Positions 9,774-19,594 are shown, numbered from the stretch's first letter. The stretch: 64,000 nucleotides of DNA from an uncultured Flavobacteriaceae bacterium (GCA_942492305.1 CALOEI010000003.1:123794-187793); one strand, 5' to 3'. Notes: generated by a model not told the origin, from the letters alone. Translations and numbers: made by a program.

Positions 9774-9781
9774 TATATTTG
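9774..9781 (+). promoter_or_regulatory. Bacteroidota -7 promoter box for the ferredoxin gene
   Basis: TATATTTG matches TAnnTTTG, about 22 nt before the ATG. Confidence 0.55.
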
Positions 9782-9803
9782 CAAAAATAATGTAAATAAT
9801 AGT

Positions 9804-10154
9804 ATGGCAATAAAAATAACAGACGAATGTATAAATTGTGGCGCTTGCGAGCCAGAATGTCCTAATAATGCAATTTACGAGGCATCTGAAGAATGGAGTT
9901 TTTCAGAAGGTACAGAATTATCAGGTAATGTAGTGTTACCAAATGGTAAAAAAGTTGACGCTGATGCACAGTATGAACCAAAAGATGATGAAGTTTATTT
10001 TATAATTGCTGATAAATGTACCGAGTGTAAAGGTTTTCATGACGAGCCACAATGTGCCGCTGTTTGTCCTGTAGATTGTTGTGTGCCAGATGATGAAAAT
10101 ATTGAAACAGAAGAACAGCTATTAGCTAAAAAGACTTTTTTACATAAGGAATAA
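9804..10154 (+). CDS. 4Fe-4S dicluster ferredoxin
   Basis: [12 protein letters not shown] and [18 protein letters not shown]. Confidence 0.93.
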   Translation: MAIKITDECINCGACEPECPNNAIYEASEEWSFSEGTELSGNVVLPNGKKVDADAQYEPKDDEVYFIIADKCTECKGFHDEPQCAAVCPVDCCVPDDENIETEEQLLAKKTFLHKE

Positions 10155-10203
10155 CATTATAAATTATTATATTCGCTTATCAACCAATTTCAAACTAATT
10201 ATT

Positions 10204-11508
10204 ATGATAAAGAATTTAACATTTCTTTTTGCATTTTTATGCGTTTCAATTACCTATTCACAAAGTAAAATAACTATAACTGCTAATTATCCAGATGCTA
10301 CTTTTTATAAAGTAATTGGCGATCAAACCATTCAACCTGCTTTAGGTGTAGGGTCTATAATATTGAAGTTGGATAAAAAAGGCTTAAATAAAATTAAAAT
10401 TGTAAAAGAAGGTTTTCAAGACCTCATAAAAATGTACCCACGTTCAACAAAATGGCCAAAAAATGTGCAAGTAACATTAGATAGTAGAATAGTTGAACTA
10501 AATGTAGAACCTTATGATGCTGATATTTTTGTTGATGGAAATGCTGTTGGAAATAAAAATTATGATTTAATTTTAAAAAAAGATGCAAGTTCTACAGTAG
10601 AAATTAAAAAGAAAGGTTTTAAATCTATTGTACAAACTTATTACAATAAAGAAGATAAAGAAGTACCACCAAACACTGTAAATTTAACCTTAGTTGATCG
10701 GTTAATTCAGGTAAAAGTAACACCAGCTGATGCTGAGATTTTTGTAAATAATGTTTCGCAAGGTATTGGCATATCAGATGTTGTAATTCCAAAAGGTGAA
10801 TGTGTTTTAGTTCAAGTTAGAAAAGATGGATTTATAAATGACGAAAAAGTTTTTTGTAATAAAGAAAATGAGGGTTCAATTCCAATTAATCACCATTTTA
10901 ATTTAACAGATAGGTTGGTAAAAGTTGAGGCAACACCTAGTGATGCCGAAATAGTTGTGGATGGAAAAGTAGTTGGTGTTGGAACTTACGATTTAAAAGT
11001 TCCTTTTAATAATTGTGTGGAAGTAATTATTAGAAAAGAAAGTTTTTTAAACATAAAAAAGAATTATTGCAATTCTAATGATTATCAAGAACCGCCTTTA
11101 AGAGATCATTTAGAATTAATTGAAGATGAAGCTCACAAACAATCTATTTCAACTGATTTAGCGAATGTTAACTTTACAATAGCTGTGAGACCAGAAATTA
11201 TAGAAGACGATGCCTGGAAGTTACTAGGCTCTATTGTAACAACAGAATTTGATGTTTTAGAAGTAATTGACAAAGAAACTGGTTATATGAGAACTGCTTG
11301 GCAAGTAGAAGGATTTAACGGAAGCACCATTAGAACTAGAGTTATTGTAAAACTTGGAGATTCTAATCCTTTAAAATATATAATGAAAATTAGTAGCGAA
11401 AGGGCAGAAGGAGCAGTAAGTGTAAAAGATGATCAGGAATTTGAAGAATGGAGTAGGATATTAAAAAAGTATAAAAATATTATTGAAGAGGCACAATCAA
11501 GATTGTAG
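10204..11508 (+). CDS. Exported PEGA-repeat protein
   Basis: Signal peptide and repeated VxxxPxDAxIxVxG/N...xxKxGF modules. Confidence 0.75.
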   Translation: MIKNLTFLFAFLCVSITYSQSKITITANYPDATFYKVIGDQTIQPALGVGSIILKLDKKGLNKIKIVKEGFQDLIKMYPRSTKWPKNVQVTLDSRIVELNVEPYDADIFVDGNAVGNKNYDLILKKDASSTVEIKKKGFKSIVQTYYNKEDKEVPPNTVNLTLVDRLIQVKVTPADAEIFVNNVSQGIGISDVVIPKGECVLVQVRKDGFINDEKVFCNKENEGSIPINHHFNLTDRLVKVEATPSDAEIVVDGKVVGVGTYDLKVPFNNCVEVIIRKESFLNIKKNYCNSNDYQEPPLRDHLELIEDEAHKQSISTDLANVNFTIAVRPEIIEDDAWKLLGSIVTTEFDVLEVIDKETGYMRTAWQVEGFNGSTIRTRVIVKLGDSNPLKYIMKISSERAEGAVSVKDDQEFEEWSRILKKYKNIIEEAQSRL

Positions 11509-11515
11509 TTTAATT

Positions 11516-11549
11516 AAAAAAATCCCAAATTTTATTTGGGATTTTTTTT
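11516..11549. terminator. Bidirectional terminator
   Basis: AAAAAAATCCCAAAT-TTT-ATTTGGGATTTTTTTT between convergent genes. Confidence 0.85.
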
Positions 11550-11554
11550 GCTTA

Positions 11555-12829
11555 TTAAGTAACCGTTAATTTTTCAGTAGAAAAATTTTCATATTCTTTG
11601 GTTGTAACAATTTCTTTTATTCGAATAACAGCTTCATATAAATCTAAATACGAAGTATAAAGTGGTGTAATTCCAATGCGTATTAAATTTGGAGGTCTAA
11701 AATCTGGAATTACAATTTTTGTATTTTTATTACTCGGAGCAATCATAGCTCTATTTATTCTATAGCTTTCATTGTGTGTAATTGAAACATGTGAGCCTCT
11801 TTCAGATTCATTTAAAGGAGAAGCAATTTTAAAACCTAATGGAACTAAATAATACGTAATCAATTCAATTAAAAAAGCACTTTGTTTTTTGCTTTTTGTT
11901 TCTATGGTTGACATTCCAGCTTCTAAAATTATATCCAAACCAGGTGCTATTGCTCCTAAAGATAAAATTGAAGGGGTACTAATTGCAAATTTTTGTATTC
12001 CAGTATTTTCAACAAAATCGGGATTAAAATCAAAAGGTTTTTGATGTGCAAACCAAGACCAAATAGGATTAGTAAGTTTATCTTGTAAATCTTTTCTAAC
12101 ATATAAAAAAGCAGGTGCTCCAGGACCACCATTTAAGTATTTATATGTACAACCAACGGCCATATCCGCATTGGTATCGTTTAATTTTATAGTTGTTGCT
12201 CCAGCAGCGTGGGATAAATCCCAAACTACTAAGCTGTTATTTTTGTGCGCTAATTTATTGATGGATTTCATATCATATAAAAAAGAACTTTTATAACTAA
12301 CTAAACTTAAAGTGATTAACGAGGTGCTGCTATCAAGAACTTCACTAATTTTAGTCGTATCCATGCAAATCTCATTTGTACTTTCTAAAACTTTTAAAGT
12401 ATGCGCTTTAAATTGTTGTTTTATAAGTCCTTGAATTATGTATAAATCTGTTGGAAAATTTAAATCGTCTGTTATAATTTTATTTTTACCTTTTTGTAAA
12501 GTTAAAGCCGCAAATAAAAGTTTATATAAATTTAATGAAGTGGTATCACCAACAAAAATCTCATCTGGTTGTGCACCTACAATTTTAGCAATTTTTGTTG
12601 CAATATCATTAGAAAGGCTCATCCAGTGTTCGTTCCAACTGCGTATAAGTCTTTTTCCCCATTGGTTTTCTACAATATTAGAAGTAGTTTCAATAGTTTT
12701 TATGGGTAGTTTACCTAAAGAATTACCATCTAAATAAATAAGCTTTGGATTGGTTACAAATTTTTCTTTAAAAGTATTTAAAGCGTCTTTTTTATCTAAT
12801 GCGGCTGCTTTTTCTAAAAAACTGTTCAT
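11555..12829 (-). CDS. kynU: Kynureninase
   Basis: YLDGNSLG, NFPTDLY, WDLSHAAG, GCTYKYLNGGPG, RGSHVS and DFRPP. Confidence 0.92.
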   Translation of the reverse strand: MNSFLEKAAALDKKDALNTFKEKFVTNPKLIYLDGNSLGKLPIKTIETTSNIVENQWGKRLIRSWNEHWMSLSNDIATKIAKIVGAQPDEIFVGDTTSLNLYKLLFAALTLQKGKNKIITDDLNFPTDLYIIQGLIKQQFKAHTLKVLESTNEICMDTTKISEVLDSSTSLITLSLVSYKSSFLYDMKSINKLAHKNNSLVVWDLSHAAGATTIKLNDTNADMAVGCTYKYLNGGPGAPAFLYVRKDLQDKLTNPIWSWFAHQKPFDFNPDFVENTGIQKFAISTPSILSLGAIAPGLDIILEAGMSTIETKSKKQSAFLIELITYYLVPLGFKIASPLNESERGSHVSITHNESYRINRAMIAPSNKNTKIVIPDFRPPNLIRIGITPLYTSYLDLYEAVIRIKEIVTTKEYENFSTEKLTVT

Positions 12830-12837
12830 AATTATAA

Positions 12838-13581
12838 TTAATTGTCGTTGAACGTTTTCATAATTTCATCAACCCAGAGCTGGTGCATTTTGCCAGAAAA
12901 ATGTAACCCATCACTTGCAAAATATTCTGGTTTATTTAGCGCTTGTCTGGAGGTAGGTGTAATATCAACAAATTTAATATTCATTTTTAATGTTTCTTCT
13001 TTTTTTACAGCATTAAATCGGTCAATTTCTGAACTAATTTTAGTTCTATCTCTACTTTCGGCATAAGGGCTAACAGCCCAATCTGGTATTGAAACTACAA
13101 TCACATTTTCAGTTTTATTTCCAGCAAAAGTAATTGCCATGTTTAATAATTCAATAAATTCAGTTCTAAAAACTTCAATAGAGTTTCCTCTATATTGATT
13201 GTTGACTCCTATTAATAAGGTAACTAAATCATAACTTTCCGAAATATTTTCTTGTAAAATGGCGTTTTTTAATTCGCCTGTTGTCCATCCTGTTCTTGCA
13301 ATAATTTTAGGAGTTTCAAAATTATAATTTTTAATATTTAACTCTTCAACAAGTAGTACCGGAAAACGATCTGTTTCTGGAACACTTTGTCCAATAGTAT
13401 AACTATCACCAAGTGCTAAATAGCTTTTTATCGTAGTTTCTACACCTTCTGTTTCGCCACCATCATCAGATTTTATTGTTTCCATATCTTTTTCTATTTC
13501 AAAAATGTCTTGCTTAGTGTTTTTTTCATTACAAGAAACTAGTATTGAAAAAATAAGTATAATTAGTTTAATTTTATTCAT
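12838..13581 (-). CDS. SGNH/GDSL hydrolase lipoprotein
   Basis: Start MNKIKLII with lipobox LVSC. Motifs LALGDSYT, IGVNN and DGLHFS. Confidence 0.9.
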   Translation of the reverse strand: MNKIKLIILIFSILVSCNEKNTKQDIFEIEKDMETIKSDDGGETEGVETTIKSYLALGDSYTIGQSVPETDRFPVLLVEELNIKNYNFETPKIIARTGWTTGELKNAILQENISESYDLVTLLIGVNNQYRGNSIEVFRTEFIELLNMAITFAGNKTENVIVVSIPDWAVSPYAESRDRTKISSEIDRFNAVKKEETLKMNIKFVDITPTSRQALNKPEYFASDGLHFSGKMHQLWVDEIMKTFNDN

Positions 13582-13633
13582 TTTTAAATGTTTGAAGTTT
13601 AAATATTTTTTAAAAGCATATTTAGTAAAAACC

Positions 13634-14962
13634 TTATTTATTATTAGAAATAGCACCTATAAACCCTGTACTTTTTCTAGCAAAATAGAAAATATAAAAA
13701 TAACAAAGTACCATTAAAAATAATGCTGGTTTAAAATCAAATTGATCTGTTAATAAACCATATAAAGGTGGAATAATTGCACCACCTACAATTGCAGTAC
13801 ATAAAATACCAGAAGCTTGTGGTTTACGTTCTCCTAGACCAGTTAATGATAAAGAAAAAATTGTTGGGAACATAATAGAGTTAAATAAACCTACTAATAA
13901 AATAGACCACATTGCAACAAATCCGTTTGTTAGCATAGAAATGGCTAGTAACGTTATTGCCATTGTTGCAAATATTGCCAATACTTTTGCAGGTGCTACA
14001 ATTTTTGTTAAGTAAGCACCGATAAATCTTCCAATCATTGCACCAGTCCAATAAAATAAAACAAAAGCTCCAACAATAGCTTTGTTATCTACATTAGCCA
14101 AATCTTGTTGAACAACCATTTCAGATATTGCAGACATCCATTCGCTGTTTCTTATTAACTCTGGCATGCCCATACTTAAAAAGTAATTTACTAAATAACT
14201 ACCAATGGCAACTTCAGCACCCACATATAAAAAGATACCAACGGCTCCCATTTTTAAAATTTTATGTTTTAAAGCTTCACCATAACCCAAACCTTCACCT
14301 TCTTTTTTCTCTAAAATATTAGGTAACTTAATAAATGAAACAATTAATGCTAAAAGCAATAGTGCGCTTGCTAAAACTAAGAAAGGGCTTTGTACGGCTG
14401 AAGCTTCACTTATAAAATAAGCTTCTTTTTCTACTGCTTCCAAACTATTAATTGATGCACTGCTTTTAATAGAGTCACTTAATAAAAACATAGCTCCAAT
14501 TGCTGGTGCAATTGCGGTTCCTAAGCTGTTAAATGCTTGAGATAAATTTAATCTACTCGATGCTGTTTCTTCACTTCCTAATACTGCAACATACGGATTG
14601 GCAGCAACTTGTAAAACTGTCATTCCACCTGCCAATACAAAATATCCTAATAAAAAAATTGGAAAAGTTCTGTATGCTGCAGCCGGATAAAACAATAAGC
14701 AACCCACACCCATAATAGTTAAACCTAATAAAATACCTTTTTTATAACCTATTTTAGAAAGTATAAAACCAGAAGGAATAGATAATAATCCATATGCCGT
14801 AAAAAAAGCAAATTGTACCAATCCTGCTTGAAAAAAAGTAAGTTCGAATACTTCTTTTAATCTTGGAATTAAAGAATCTACTAGTACAGTAATAAAACCC
14901 CACATGAAAAATAGTGAGGTTAAAATAATAAATGCTTTGTTGTATTTTTTTGTTGTATCCAA
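13634..14962 (-). CDS. Sugar MFS transporter (GluP/FucP family)
   Basis: LFFMWGF, LQVAANPY, SSRLNLSQAFNSLG, FLYVGAEV and SIMFPTIF. Confidence 0.9.
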   Translation of the reverse strand: MDTTKKYNKAFIILTSLFFMWGFITVLVDSLIPRLKEVFELTFFQAGLVQFAFFTAYGLLSIPSGFILSKIGYKKGILLGLTIMGVGCLLFYPAAAYRTFPIFLLGYFVLAGGMTVLQVAANPYVAVLGSEETASSRLNLSQAFNSLGTAIAPAIGAMFLLSDSIKSSASINSLEAVEKEAYFISEASAVQSPFLVLASALLLLALIVSFIKLPNILEKKEGEGLGYGEALKHKILKMGAVGIFLYVGAEVAIGSYLVNYFLSMGMPELIRNSEWMSAISEMVVQQDLANVDNKAIVGAFVLFYWTGAMIGRFIGAYLTKIVAPAKVLAIFATMAITLLAISMLTNGFVAMWSILLVGLFNSIMFPTIFSLSLTGLGERKPQASGILCTAIVGGAIIPPLYGLLTDQFDFKPALFLMVLCYFYIFYFARKSTGFIGAISNNK

Positions 14963-15166
14963 AATTTTTGTTTTAAAATAAAGAGAGAAAGGTATAAAAT
15001 TTATAGTATTTTTTGATAAATACTAACCTTAAAATTTCAATTGATCTTTTTAAATGTTTGAATTATAACAAAAAAAGATCTTATGAAAGTTAGCAAAAGG
15101 TAAACTGCAAAGAAACTTTAACTGTTTTTCATAGATTGGGACGAGAAAATAGTTTATGAGAACTAC

Positions 15167-15652
15167 CTAAAAAATAGTTTCGCTTAATGCGTAATAAATA
15201 GCCATTAAAGCAGAAAAAATTGCACTTGCTAAAAAACGCCAATTTAAATGTATCCTATTTTGAATAATGTAATTAGCAATAAAAGAAATTGGAATGTTTG
15301 CTAAAAATGACCACCATGCAATTTCTAATAAATGCATATTGATAGTATTAAAATTTCCTGAAAATAATTTTATAAATAATAAATGTCTTGCAATCCAAAG
15401 TGGATTAAAATATATAATGGCTAATGTAGTTTTTGTTAACGTTAATTTTATTCCTTTTAAGTTCTTTGTTTTATTTACAATCCAACTAAAATAATTCGGA
15501 ATTTCAAAAGCATAAAGTGTTGCTCCAATTACAATCATTCCAATTAATCTACTCCAAGAGAATTCATTTAAAAATAAAGCTGCAATGGTATCACCAGCAC
15601 TATAAATTAAAGCACCTCTAAAAATATTTGATTTTGTGTAGCTTAGTTTGAT
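15167..15652 (-). CDS. Mpv17/PMP22-like small membrane protein (start uncertain; no in-frame ATG/GTG/TTG upstream of 15538)
   Basis: The frame is open back to the xdhB stop. It carries N-terminal GALIYSAGDTIAA, C-terminal ANYIIQNRIHLNWRFLASAIFSALMAIYYA and about four hydrophobic segments. Confidence 0.6.
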   Translation of the reverse strand: MKLSYTKSNIFRGALIYSAGDTIAALFLNEFSWSRLIGMIVIGATLYAFEIPNYFSWIVNKTKNLKGIKLTLTKTTLAIIYFNPLWIARHLLFIKLFSGNFNTINMHLLEIAWWSFLANIPISFIANYIIQNRIHLNWRFLASAIFSALMAIYYALSETIF

Positions 15653-15685
15653 AATTTGATTTGCTTTTAATTTAGAAATGTTGTT

Positions 15686-17947
15686 TTATTTTTCATAAAG
15701 TCCCATTAATACTTTTTCTGGTGTAAATGGTGCATTAAACTTTAATATATACTTTGGATTGAATTTTTTTACAGCATCTTGTATTGCAAAGTAAGCGCCA
15801 ATTCCATACATTAATGGAGGTTCTCCAACAGCTTTAGATTTTAAAATTGCCATTTCGTTACCACTGGTTTCAAGCGGAATTATTTCTATAGTTTTTGGTG
15901 CAGAAAAAACATCAGGAACTTTATAAGTTGACAATGCGTTAGAAAGTAGCTTACCATCTTTATTGTAAGCAATTTCTTCTAAAGTCATCCATCCGATACC
16001 TTGTATTAGAGCGCCTTCAACTTGACCTTTATCAATACCTATATTCATACTGTTTCCAAAATCATGTATAATTTTAACAGCATCAGTTTGGTATGTTCCT
16101 CTTAAACAATCTACCGTAACTATTGTAATAGCAGTGCCATATACGTGATAAGCAAAAGGATGTCCTTTTTCTTTCGTTTTATCAAAATGTATTATTGGAG
16201 TAGCATAATGTGCATTCTCAGTCAATGCTACACGCTTTAGCATTGCTTGTTCAATTACATTTTCCCAGCTTATACTACTTTTTTTATTATTAATATAAAC
16301 TGCATCATTTTTAAAACTTAATGCAATCTCATTAACTGAAAGCATTGTAGAAGCAACCTTTGTTAATCTTTTTAATAAAGAATTACAAGCTTGTAAAACA
16401 GCTTTTCCATTTAAATCGGCTGTTGCACTTGCAGCAGTAGGTGAGGTATTTGCTACTCTAGTTGTGTTAGTTGTTTCTAATTTTACTTTTGATGCTGAAA
16501 TTCCTAAAATTTGATAAGCAATTTGTAACATTTTGGTATTTACACTTTGTCCCATTTCTACTGCGCCTGTACTAATACCAACACTTCCGTCTTGATAAAT
16601 ATGTACTAAAGCTCTGGCATGATTCATTGGAGTATTTGTGAAAGATATTCCAAAAGTTATAGGCATTAATGAAAGCCCTTTTTTGAATTGTGTATTTGTA
16701 TTGTTAAAATGGGCTATTTCACGTTCTAATTTTTTTAAATTGAATTTGTTTTTTGCTGAATTCCAGCTATTTTTCATTTCAACCTGGGTAGCAATTTGTC
16801 CATATGAAAATTCATCATTTTCATTTAGCAAATTTGCTTCTTGAATCTTCTTTTTATCAATTCTAAGTTCATTTGCAGCTTTAGCAATCGCAGCTTCAAT
16901 AACAAACATTCCTTGTGGGCCACCAAAACCTCTAAAAGCAGTATTTGGCGGTAAATTAGTTTTACAACTATGTACTGTTGAAGTTACATTAGGAATAAAA
17001 TAACTATTTGTAGCATGAAATAAAGTACGTTCAGCAATTGCAGGAGATAAATCTGCCGCTGCTCCTGAATTTTGTAAAAATTCTACCTCATATGCTTGAA
17101 TTTTTAGATCTTTTGTGATACCAATTTTAAAAGTGGATTCATAAGGATGGCGTTTTCCTGTCATACGTAAATCATCATGGCGATTTAGAATATATTTTAC
17201 AGGTTTTTTTAAGTGCTGAACGGCAACAGCAGCCATTACAGCCCAAGGTGTAGCTTGATCTTCCTTACCACCAAAACCACCACCTAAACGTATTACATCA
17301 ACTTCAATATTATGCATTGGAACTCCTAAAACTTTAGCAGTTGTTTTTTGTACTGATGTTGGTCCTTGTGTGGAAGATGTTATTTTAATGTTTCCATTTT
17401 CCATCGGTATTGCATAACATCCTTGAGTTTCTAAGTATAAATGCTCTTGTCCGTTAGAAAAGGTTTCACCTTCAAAAACATAATCACAGTTTTTAAAAGA
17501 TTTAGTAGTGTTACCTAATTTAAAAGAGCGAGGTGCATTTATAAAACTTCCTTTTTCTTTTGCTTCTTTGGCGGTTGTAATAATTTGTTTTTCTTCTATT
17601 TCAATAGTAATAAGTTCTCTTGCTTTTTTTGCAATAATTTCAGATTCAGCAACAATAAAAGCAATAGGCTGACCTATAAAATGTACTTCATTTTCTGCCC
17701 ATAGCGGCTCATCTGGAATAATACCACCAATTTGATTTTCGCCTAAAATATCTTTACAAGTAAATATTTTTACAACTCCTTCTAAATTTTCGGCCTTAGC
17801 ATAATTTACACTTTTAATAATACCATGTGCTTTAGGAGAATCGAAAGTTAAACCATATAGTGTTCCTATATTAGTATTTATATCGTCTACAAAAAGAGAT
17901 TCACCTCTAACGTGTCCAAAAGAGTCTATGTTTTTCATTGATTTCAT
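15686..17947 (-). CDS. xdhB: Xanthine dehydrogenase molybdopterin-binding subunit
   Basis: QEHLYLE, RLGGGFGGKE, AFRGFGGPQG, SPTAAS and SKAVGEPP. Confidence 0.93.
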   Translation of the reverse strand: MKSMKNIDSFGHVRGESLFVDDINTNIGTLYGLTFDSPKAHGIIKSVNYAKAENLEGVVKIFTCKDILGENQIGGIIPDEPLWAENEVHFIGQPIAFIVAESEIIAKKARELITIEIEEKQIITTAKEAKEKGSFINAPRSFKLGNTTKSFKNCDYVFEGETFSNGQEHLYLETQGCYAIPMENGNIKITSSTQGPTSVQKTTAKVLGVPMHNIEVDVIRLGGGFGGKEDQATPWAVMAAVAVQHLKKPVKYILNRHDDLRMTGKRHPYESTFKIGITKDLKIQAYEVEFLQNSGAAADLSPAIAERTLFHATNSYFIPNVTSTVHSCKTNLPPNTAFRGFGGPQGMFVIEAAIAKAANELRIDKKKIQEANLLNENDEFSYGQIATQVEMKNSWNSAKNKFNLKKLEREIAHFNNTNTQFKKGLSLMPITFGISFTNTPMNHARALVHIYQDGSVGISTGAVEMGQSVNTKMLQIAYQILGISASKVKLETTNTTRVANTSPTAASATADLNGKAVLQACNSLLKRLTKVASTMLSVNEIALSFKNDAVYINNKKSSISWENVIEQAMLKRVALTENAHYATPIIHFDKTKEKGHPFAYHVYGTAITIVTVDCLRGTYQTDAVKIIHDFGNSMNIGIDKGQVEGALIQGIGWMTLEEIAYNKDGKLLSNALSTYKVPDVFSAPKTIEIIPLETSGNEMAILKSKAVGEPPLMYGIGAYFAIQDAVKKFNPKYILKFNAPFTPEKVLMGLYEK

Positions 17948-19350
17948 TTGGATACTAAGTTTTGAAAATTAATAGTTTGTGGAAATAGTTCAATAAAATG
18001 AGCAAAGAATAATTGCCTTGCCATTAACCTTTTATATTCAGAAGTTCCTCTAACATCGCTAATTGGACTAATTTCAGATTGTAACACTTTTTCAGCTTCG
18101 ATAATAACTGAATTAGTTACTTCTTTACCTTTTAAATAGTTGTTTGTTTTTGATAAATAGGTTGGAATTGCAGCAACACCGCCTATAGAAAAATGGGTAT
18201 TATAAATTCTACTATGCTCCACCGATATTTTACATGCAGTATTAACACTTGCAATATCTAAATGTGTTCTTTTACTTACTTTTTCAAAGTTAAATAACGT
18301 ATTATTATCAGGTATTTTAAATGAAATAGCAACAATTAACTCACCTTTATTTAAATCAACAATTTTATAATTTTTGTGAAAATTTTGAAAAGGAATTTTT
18401 CGTATTGCTCCATTTTTATTTTTGATGGTTAATGTACTATTTAAAGCTAAAAAAAAGATAGACATATCACCAATGGGTGAGGCATTTACGAAATTCCCTC
18501 CTAATGTTCCCATATTTCTAATTTGCTCAGATGAGACAAGTTTTAAAAACTGTTGTAGTTTTGGAAATATAGAATTGAGTGCTTTGTCTTCTAAAATTTC
18601 GGTTACAGTTGTATTAGCACCAATTATACAGGTGGTTTTATAAAAAGTGATTCCTTTTAAAGATGGGTCGTTAGCAATTAAATAAATATTTTCTTCTATT
18701 AGTTTATCTGCTTTTTGAACATATAAATCAGTCCCATTGGCAACAATTGTACCTGTTTTTTCTAATTCTCTAGGCTTTAATTGTTTTAGTTTTTGAGGAA
18801 TCTCACGAAAATAAGTAGGAATAAAACCTTCTTTAATTAACCACGCTATTTGATTGTTTTTATGTTTTTCTACTAACTTTTCATCAACTGAAATTGCAGC
18901 TTTCTCAATAGATTTGTAACCAGTACATCTACAAATATTTCCACTAATAGCATCATTACATGTTGTCTGTTTTTTAGAAGATTTTTCTAAGGCATACCCA
19001 GCTAAAGAAACTACAAAACCAGGTGTGCAAAAACCACATTGTGTAGCGTAATTATCAACTATTTTTTGTTGGATAAAGTTTAGGCTTTCAGGCAAATTAA
19101 CACCTTCAATAGTTACAATATGTTTCCCATTCGCATTTCCTAGCGGAGAAATACAAGAGGTAATACTTTGATACGAAATTTGGTTATTAATTAATGTTCC
19201 GACTAATACTGTACAAGCACCACAATCTCCTTCTCGACAGCCAACTTTAGTTCCTTTTAGTTGCTTGTTCTCTCTAATAAAATCTAGTAAAGTCATTCCT
19301 GCATTTGCAGTAGTTTTTATGACTTCATTGTTTAAAATAAATTGAATCAT
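17944..19350 (-). CDS. xdhA: Xanthine dehydrogenase small subunit (2Fe-2S and FAD)
   Basis: GTKVGCREGDCGAC, QCGFCTPG, GNICRCTGY and QIRNMGTLGGN; 4-bp overlap with xdhB. Confidence 0.93.
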   Translation of the reverse strand: MIQFILNNEVIKTTANAGMTLLDFIRENKQLKGTKVGCREGDCGACTVLVGTLINNQISYQSITSCISPLGNANGKHIVTIEGVNLPESLNFIQQKIVDNYATQCGFCTPGFVVSLAGYALEKSSKKQTTCNDAISGNICRCTGYKSIEKAAISVDEKLVEKHKNNQIAWLIKEGFIPTYFREIPQKLKQLKPRELEKTGTIVANGTDLYVQKADKLIEENIYLIANDPSLKGITFYKTTCIIGANTTVTEILEDKALNSIFPKLQQFLKLVSSEQIRNMGTLGGNFVNASPIGDMSIFFLALNSTLTIKNKNGAIRKIPFQNFHKNYKIVDLNKGELIVAISFKIPDNNTLFNFEKVSKRTHLDIASVNTACKISVEHSRIYNTHFSIGGVAAIPTYLSKTNNYLKGKEVTNSVIIEAEKVLQSEISPISDVRGTSEYKRLMARQLFFAHFIELFPQTINFQNLVSK

Positions 19351-19566
19351 AACTATCTACCAATTTACTAAAAATTCTACCAATTGTATATTTTCTGTAC
19401 TAGTTTTTAAGTAGTACGAATTTCATTCAAAAGAAAACTGTTAAGTTAGTATTTAGTAATGTGGATTAATTATTTGTTTTTGAATCGATTACAACGTTTT
19501 TAATAATGTATTTTAGAGTATAAATTAATTGAAAAATCAATTTTTAGTTTTTACAAAACTTAATAC

Positions 19567-19574
19567 TATATTTG
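19567..19574 (+). promoter_or_regulatory. Bacteroidota -7 promoter box for ychF
   Basis: TATATTTG about 20 nt upstream of the ATG at 19595. Confidence 0.55.
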
Positions 19575-19594
19575 CAGCGCAAAAAATTAAAATT

